Shown: piece by piece, positions 60,186 through 64,000 of the stretch
Layout of the letters: the number at the start of each line of letters is the position of its first letter
Position numbering within the stretch: the stretch's first letter is position 1
From: Candidatus Latescibacterota bacterium
GTDB lineage: Bacteria > Latescibacterota > UBA2968 > GCA-2709665
Direction: 5' to 3'
Assembly (NCBI GenBank): GCA_965219455.1
Contig: OZ244744.1
Span: 3,392,001-3,456,000 of the forward strand
DNA length: 64,000 nucleotides
Program-made: the position numbers and the translations under genes
Notes under the pieces: generated by a model
The model's database searches: none
Told to the model about the DNA's origin: nothing
What the model saw: the letters and a program-made list of their open reading frames with translations, nothing else

Positions 60186-61382
60186 ATGATTCCTCGAAAA
60201 AGACTGGATATCGGCTGGCGCGATCTCCTTTTCGGCATGAACCAATGCCTGGCGCGGGACAGACGCGCGGAAGCCCATACTGCGTGCCGGGAGAGCACCG
60301 GCGATCCCGACGATGCTCTGTTTTTTCTCTCGCTTCGCAGCGGCTTCGATGCCTATCTCCAGGCCGCCCGATTTCCGAGCGGGTCGCACATTCTGGTGTC
60401 CGCCATCACCATTCCCGACATGCTCGAGATCATCCGGAGCCATGGCCTGGTGCCCGTACCGGTCGATCTGGATCCACTCACGCTTGCGCCCGATCCGGAG
60501 AGCCTGGAAAGCGGGGTCACGCCCAGGGCCGTTGCGCTGCTGGCGACCCATTTGTTCGGCGCCCGCATCCCCATGGATCCCCTCGTAAGCTTCGCAAGGC
60601 GTCACGGCCTGGTGCTGTTGGAAGACTGCGCCCAGGCGTTCTGGGGTGACGGCTTTACAGGCCACCCGGGCAGTCACGTGCGGATGTTCAGTTTCGGCCC
60701 TATCAAGTACAATACCGCTTTGGGTGGCGGCCTTCTTTTTGTGGGCGATCCCGTCCTGCGAGACAGAGTTCGGCGGCTGCATAACGACTATCCGGTACAG
60801 AGCAAAGGCCGGTTCTTCGTGCGCCTGGCGAAATACGGCGTCGTTCTCCTGCTCAACAGGCCTGGACCCTATACCCTTCTGTGCGCCGCGTGCCGCCTGT
60901 TGGGCAGGTCCCACGATACGGTGAGTTACCGCGCCATACGCGGTTTCCGGGGAGTGGAACTGCTCGAAAAAATCCGCCGTCAGCCCTGCGGCGCCCTTCT
61001 GTCCTTATTGTCGAGGCGTCTGCGCTCCAACGCTCTGGAGCGGACCGGCAGCCGGCCTGAGGCCATGGCGTTTCACCGCAGCGTTCCGGACCTCTGCTAC
61101 CCGGGCAACGGGGCGGAACACACCTATTGGCTCTTCGTCGTCCGTGTGGGCAATGCCGCGGACCTGTGCAGGCGGCTCTGGGATGCCGGCCTGGACGGAC
61201 ATCTGTGGCCGCCGTCGCTTTGCGTGGTTCGGCCCGATCGGGATCTGCCGGGCAAGTTGCCACTCTGCGTGGACGTCCTGCAACGGCAACTGCTGTTCCT
61301 TCCGGTGTATCCGCAGGCAGGGCGGGTTCGCCTTCAGCAGTTGAGCCGCGTCGTGCGCCGATGGGCGCAGCAGCATGGGTGA
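60186..61382 (+). CDS. DegT/DnrJ/EryC1/StrS-like PLP aminotransferase
   Basis: SAITIPDM, PVPVD, THLFG, EDCAQA, FSFG.IK..TALGGG. Confidence 0.85.
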   Translation: MIPRKRLDIGWRDLLFGMNQCLARDRRAEAHTACRESTGDPDDALFFLSLRSGFDAYLQAARFPSGSHILVSAITIPDMLEIIRSHGLVPVPVDLDPLTLAPDPESLESGVTPRAVALLATHLFGARIPMDPLVSFARRHGLVLLEDCAQAFWGDGFTGHPGSHVRMFSFGPIKYNTALGGGLLFVGDPVLRDRVRRLHNDYPVQSKGRFFVRLAKYGVVLLLNRPGPYTLLCAACRLLGRSHDTVSYRAIRGFRGVELLEKIRRQPCGALLSLLSRRLRSNALERTGSRPEAMAFHRSVPDLCYPGNGAEHTYWLFVVRVGNAADLCRRLWDAGLDGHLWPPSLCVVRPDRDLPGKLPLCVDVLQRQLLFLPVYPQAGRVRLQQLSRVVRRWAQQHG

Positions 61383-61433
61383 AGCACCCGTCTTAGCGCC
61401 AACCTGACTTCCTGGAGAGAGACTGAATGCGCG

Positions 61434-61883
61434 ATGCAGTCCAGTGAATCGAGAACATTGATTACAGGCGTGATTGGATCGGATTGCCAAATCGTGGGCA
61501 CCCGTATTCTCAGCATGGCCCTGGAGAAGGCGGGATTCAACGTCGTGTCGCTTGGGGTTCTCACGCCGCCGGTTGAGTTCGTCAACGCGGCCGTGGAAAC
61601 AGATGCCGACGCCATCATGGTTTCTTCGTTGTACGGGCAGGGCGAACTCGACTGCCGCGGTTTCCGCGAAATCTGTATCGAGGCTGGTATCGGAGAGATT
61701 CTGATTTACGTCGGCGGCAACCTGGTTGTCGGCAAACAGGACTGGCGCGACGTGGAAAGCCGGTTTCTGGACATGGGCTTCGACCGGGCTTTCCCTCCCG
61801 GAACGCGTACGAATGAAGTGATATCCGCGCTCGAACGCGACTTTGAGGCACCCGCCGGCGGATATCTCAAGGACCATCCATGA
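61434..61883 (+). CDS. mamA: Glutamate (methylaspartate) mutase sigma subunit, B12-binding
   Basis: GVIGSDCQ.VG, V..LGV, A.ET.ADAI.VSSLYG.GE.DC, YVGGNLVVGK..W..VE..F..MGFDR..PP. Confidence 0.88.
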   Translation: MQSSESRTLITGVIGSDCQIVGTRILSMALEKAGFNVVSLGVLTPPVEFVNAAVETDADAIMVSSLYGQGELDCRGFREICIEAGIGEILIYVGGNLVVGKQDWRDVESRFLDMGFDRAFPPGTRTNEVISALERDFEAPAGGYLKDHP

Positions 61884-63292
61884 GCGAGGCGGTGGCACTG
61901 CTCATCGATTTCGGAAGTACCTATACCAAGCTGAGAGCCGTCGATTTGAGCAACGGCCGACTCCTGGGATCCGGCCAGGCGCCCTCCACGGTCGAGACCG
62001 ACGTAACAGAGGGATTCACCGAGGCCCTCAAGGTTCTGGAACGGCACATGAGCAAACCGCCGCGTTTCCGCTACAGGTTGGCCTGCAGCAGCGCGGCCGG
62101 CGGTCTCCGCCTGGTGACGGTGGGCCTGGTACGCGAGTTGACCGCCGAGGCGGCGCGCCAGGCAGCACTGGGGGCGGGCGCGAAATTGATCGAGGCGTTC
62201 GCGCATGAATTGACCCGCGAAGATGCCGATAAAATCGCCCGCCTCGAGCCGGACATCATCCTGCTGGTCGGCGGCACTGACGGCGGCAACGGCGAGGTCA
62301 TCGTCGCCAATGCACGGACACTGGCGAATCTTCCGATTCGATGCCCGGTGGTAGTCGCGGGAAACCGGTCCGCCGCCGCCGGCATAAACGACGTGTTTAC
62401 AGCCGCCGGTACGCCCGTTGCGTTAACCGAAAACGTAATGCCGTCGTACGGCGTACTGAATATAGAGCCCGCCCGCGATGAAATCCGACGAATTTTCATC
62501 AAGCGCATCGTTCATGCAAAAGGAATCGATCGCGCCAAGGGAATGTTCGATCTGGTTCTGATGCCCACGCCGGCCGCCGTCCTGGAAGGCGCCCGGCTGC
62601 TCGCGGACGGCGACGGCCAGCGCCCGGGGCTGGGTACACTGGTGGCGGTCGACGTCGGAGGCGCGACGACCGATGTCCATTCCATTTGTTCGGGGGAGTC
62701 CACCCTGGGCAGCATTTCGGCGGACCTCCTTCCTGAGCCCCACGCCAAGCGTACGGTCGAGGGCGACCTGGGAATGCGTTACAGTGCGTTATCGGTGCTG
62801 GAAGCCGCGGGTCTGGAAGCCGTCGCCTGCGACGCCAGGCTGCCGGCCATCCGGGTGGAATCAATCGTCCGAGCCGTTAACAAGTGCGTCTCACGGTTGC
62901 CGGGTGATATCGAGGACCAGATGGTCGACCGTGCCCTTGCCCGTGCCGCGGTACGCATTGCCGTGAGCCGGCATGCCGGTACGGTCGAAACCGTCCATAC
63001 GGCTAGCGGACCGGTCGTCGTCCAGCGCGGCAAAGACCTGACAGACGTCAGTGCCGTCGTGGGTACGGGCGGGGTGCTGGCCGCGTCCGGACAGGCGGAT
63101 GAAATCCTGGAGATGGCCCTCGCGGAATCAGGCGATCCATTCTCGCTGAAACCCTGTAAGCCACGGTTGCTGCAGGACCGGAATCACGTCCTTTACGCCT
63201 GCGGGCTCCTGGCGGCGGCCGATCCTGAAGCCGCGCTTACGCTCGCGCTCACACAAATCCGAGCCACCGGACGGGAACCTCAGCAGGTGTAA
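61880..63292 (+). CDS. glmL: Glutamate mutase accessory protein GlmL
   Basis: LIDFGSTYTK, ACSSAAGGL, AALGAGA, GGTDGGN, MPTP.AV, DVGGATTDVHS, KRTVEGDLGMR, GTGG. Confidence 0.92.
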   Translation: MSEAVALLIDFGSTYTKLRAVDLSNGRLLGSGQAPSTVETDVTEGFTEALKVLERHMSKPPRFRYRLACSSAAGGLRLVTVGLVRELTAEAARQAALGAGAKLIEAFAHELTREDADKIARLEPDIILLVGGTDGGNGEVIVANARTLANLPIRCPVVVAGNRSAAAGINDVFTAAGTPVALTENVMPSYGVLNIEPARDEIRRIFIKRIVHAKGIDRAKGMFDLVLMPTPAAVLEGARLLADGDGQRPGLGTLVAVDVGGATTDVHSICSGESTLGSISADLLPEPHAKRTVEGDLGMRYSALSVLEAAGLEAVACDARLPAIRVESIVRAVNKCVSRLPGDIEDQMVDRALARAAVRIAVSRHAGTVETVHTASGPVVVQRGKDLTDVSAVVGTGGVLAASGQADEILEMALAESGDPFSLKPCKPRLLQDRNHVLYACGLLAAADPEAALTLALTQIRATGREPQQV

Positions 63293-63516
63293 CATGCCGC
63301 TCGACAGCGTCTACGAGATCTCCGAGCCGCTCTCACTCCTCATGCCCCCCAGGTAGCCCGACCCCTGAATCCGGAAGCGGCGCCTGGACCTGTTTTTCAG
63401 GACTTCAGTGATCGTCGTGCAAAATTAGTTTTTCTGTCGGTATCCAGATATTATATTAGTTCCGATCGATCAACCCGCTCCCGAATCCCTGACGGAAACC
63501 CAACGGAGGCAATCCC

Positions 63517-64000
63517 ATGTCTGGTTCCAATACCGAAGCGATGGGCAACGGCTTTTTCCACCACGGCGTAGCGACACCCATCAGCAACCATCGGGGCACC
63601 GCCGTTACCGTGGACGGTACGGGCCGCAACGTTGTCCTTATCTGGCTTTATGACAACCGGGGCGGGTACGCCCTCCTGATGATCGATGCGGAAACCGGTA
63701 ACAGCGAAGAATTCCCCATGCCCTATCCGCCGGGCGGCGACGGTCCGTTTGCGGCCATCCTGTCCAGCCGAAACAGATATTACACCCACTTCAACAGCCA
63801 CTTTGTGGAATTCGACCCCGAAAAGCGCGCATTCACCTTCCACCACCAAACCGTGCCGCAGATGGCCATGAGCATGACCGAGGACGACGACGGCCGCATC
63901 TGGTCTGGCACGTATCCGAACAGCGCGGTGGCTTCCTACAACCCCCTCACCGGGGAATTCCGCGACTATGGGAACCTCTATGACCAGAACTGGCGGCAGT
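63517..64000 (+). CDS. Hypothetical beta-propeller-like protein, 3'-truncated by window edge
   Basis: GGAGG RBS, ATG at 63517, open to the end: MSGNTEAMGNGF-like start ...TEDDDGRIWSGTYPNS..SYNP.TGEFRDYG. Absent from the ORF track because it has no stop. Confidence 0.75.
   Translation, partial: MSGSNTEAMGNGFFHHGVATPISNHRGTAVTVDGTGRNVVLIWLYDNRGGYALLMIDAETGNSEEFPMPYPPGGDGPFAAILSSRNRYYTHFNSHFVEFDPEKRAFTFHHQTVPQMAMSMTEDDDGRIWSGTYPNSAVASYNPLTGEFRDYGNLYDQNWRQ

Noticed and set aside
60186-61382. Aminotransferase as a tailoring enzyme of the peptide cluster
   Set aside because: Separated by about 350 bp, returns to core-like composition and is closer to the glutamate-mutase genes; no evidence of linkage.
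61880-63292. DNA mismatch-repair MutL
   Set aside because: Motifs are those of glutamate-mutase GlmL (historically also called MutL), not a GHKL ATPase.

Overview
High-GC bacterial genomic window with no rRNA, tRNA or CRISPR array recognisable. A secreted WD40 protein with a paired EF-hand/dockerin-like tail, a carboxypeptidase-regulatory-domain TonB receptor and DUF5916 suggest a diderm Latescibacterota/Gemmatimonadota-like organism (inference only). Core-type genes are interrupted by three accessory blocks. (1) About 19.6-31.9 kb, splitting an ABC ATPase/FtsX-permease/AttH-like trio, is a defence-type island. It holds a HigBA-like TA pair, an HD dNTPase-like gene with a YwgA-like partner, a deleted type III Res gene, and a single-ORF HTH-methylase-BsuBI/PstI endonuclease fusion. 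It is punctuated by two degenerate copies of the 5' end of the downstream CehA/McbA-like gene. (2) About 36.0-42.1 kb is an ABC exporter/DUF5916 cassette bounded by a 32-bp REP-like direct repeat. (3) About 48.7-59.8 kb is the main discovery: a double-glycine-leader peptide (bacteriocin-like) system. It has a sigma54-type promoter, three small unannotated precursors, a cNMP-C39-ABC transporter, HlyD, a PpiC rotamase and four membrane metalloproteases (DUF3267-like plus three CPBP paralogues), with no classical RiPP tailoring enzyme. Also notable are a UGA-recoded selenoprotein SelD with a SECIS hairpin, an HTH-citrate synthase fusion with a candidate operator, and a glutamate-mutase S subunit whose cobalt-ligand His is replaced by Gln.
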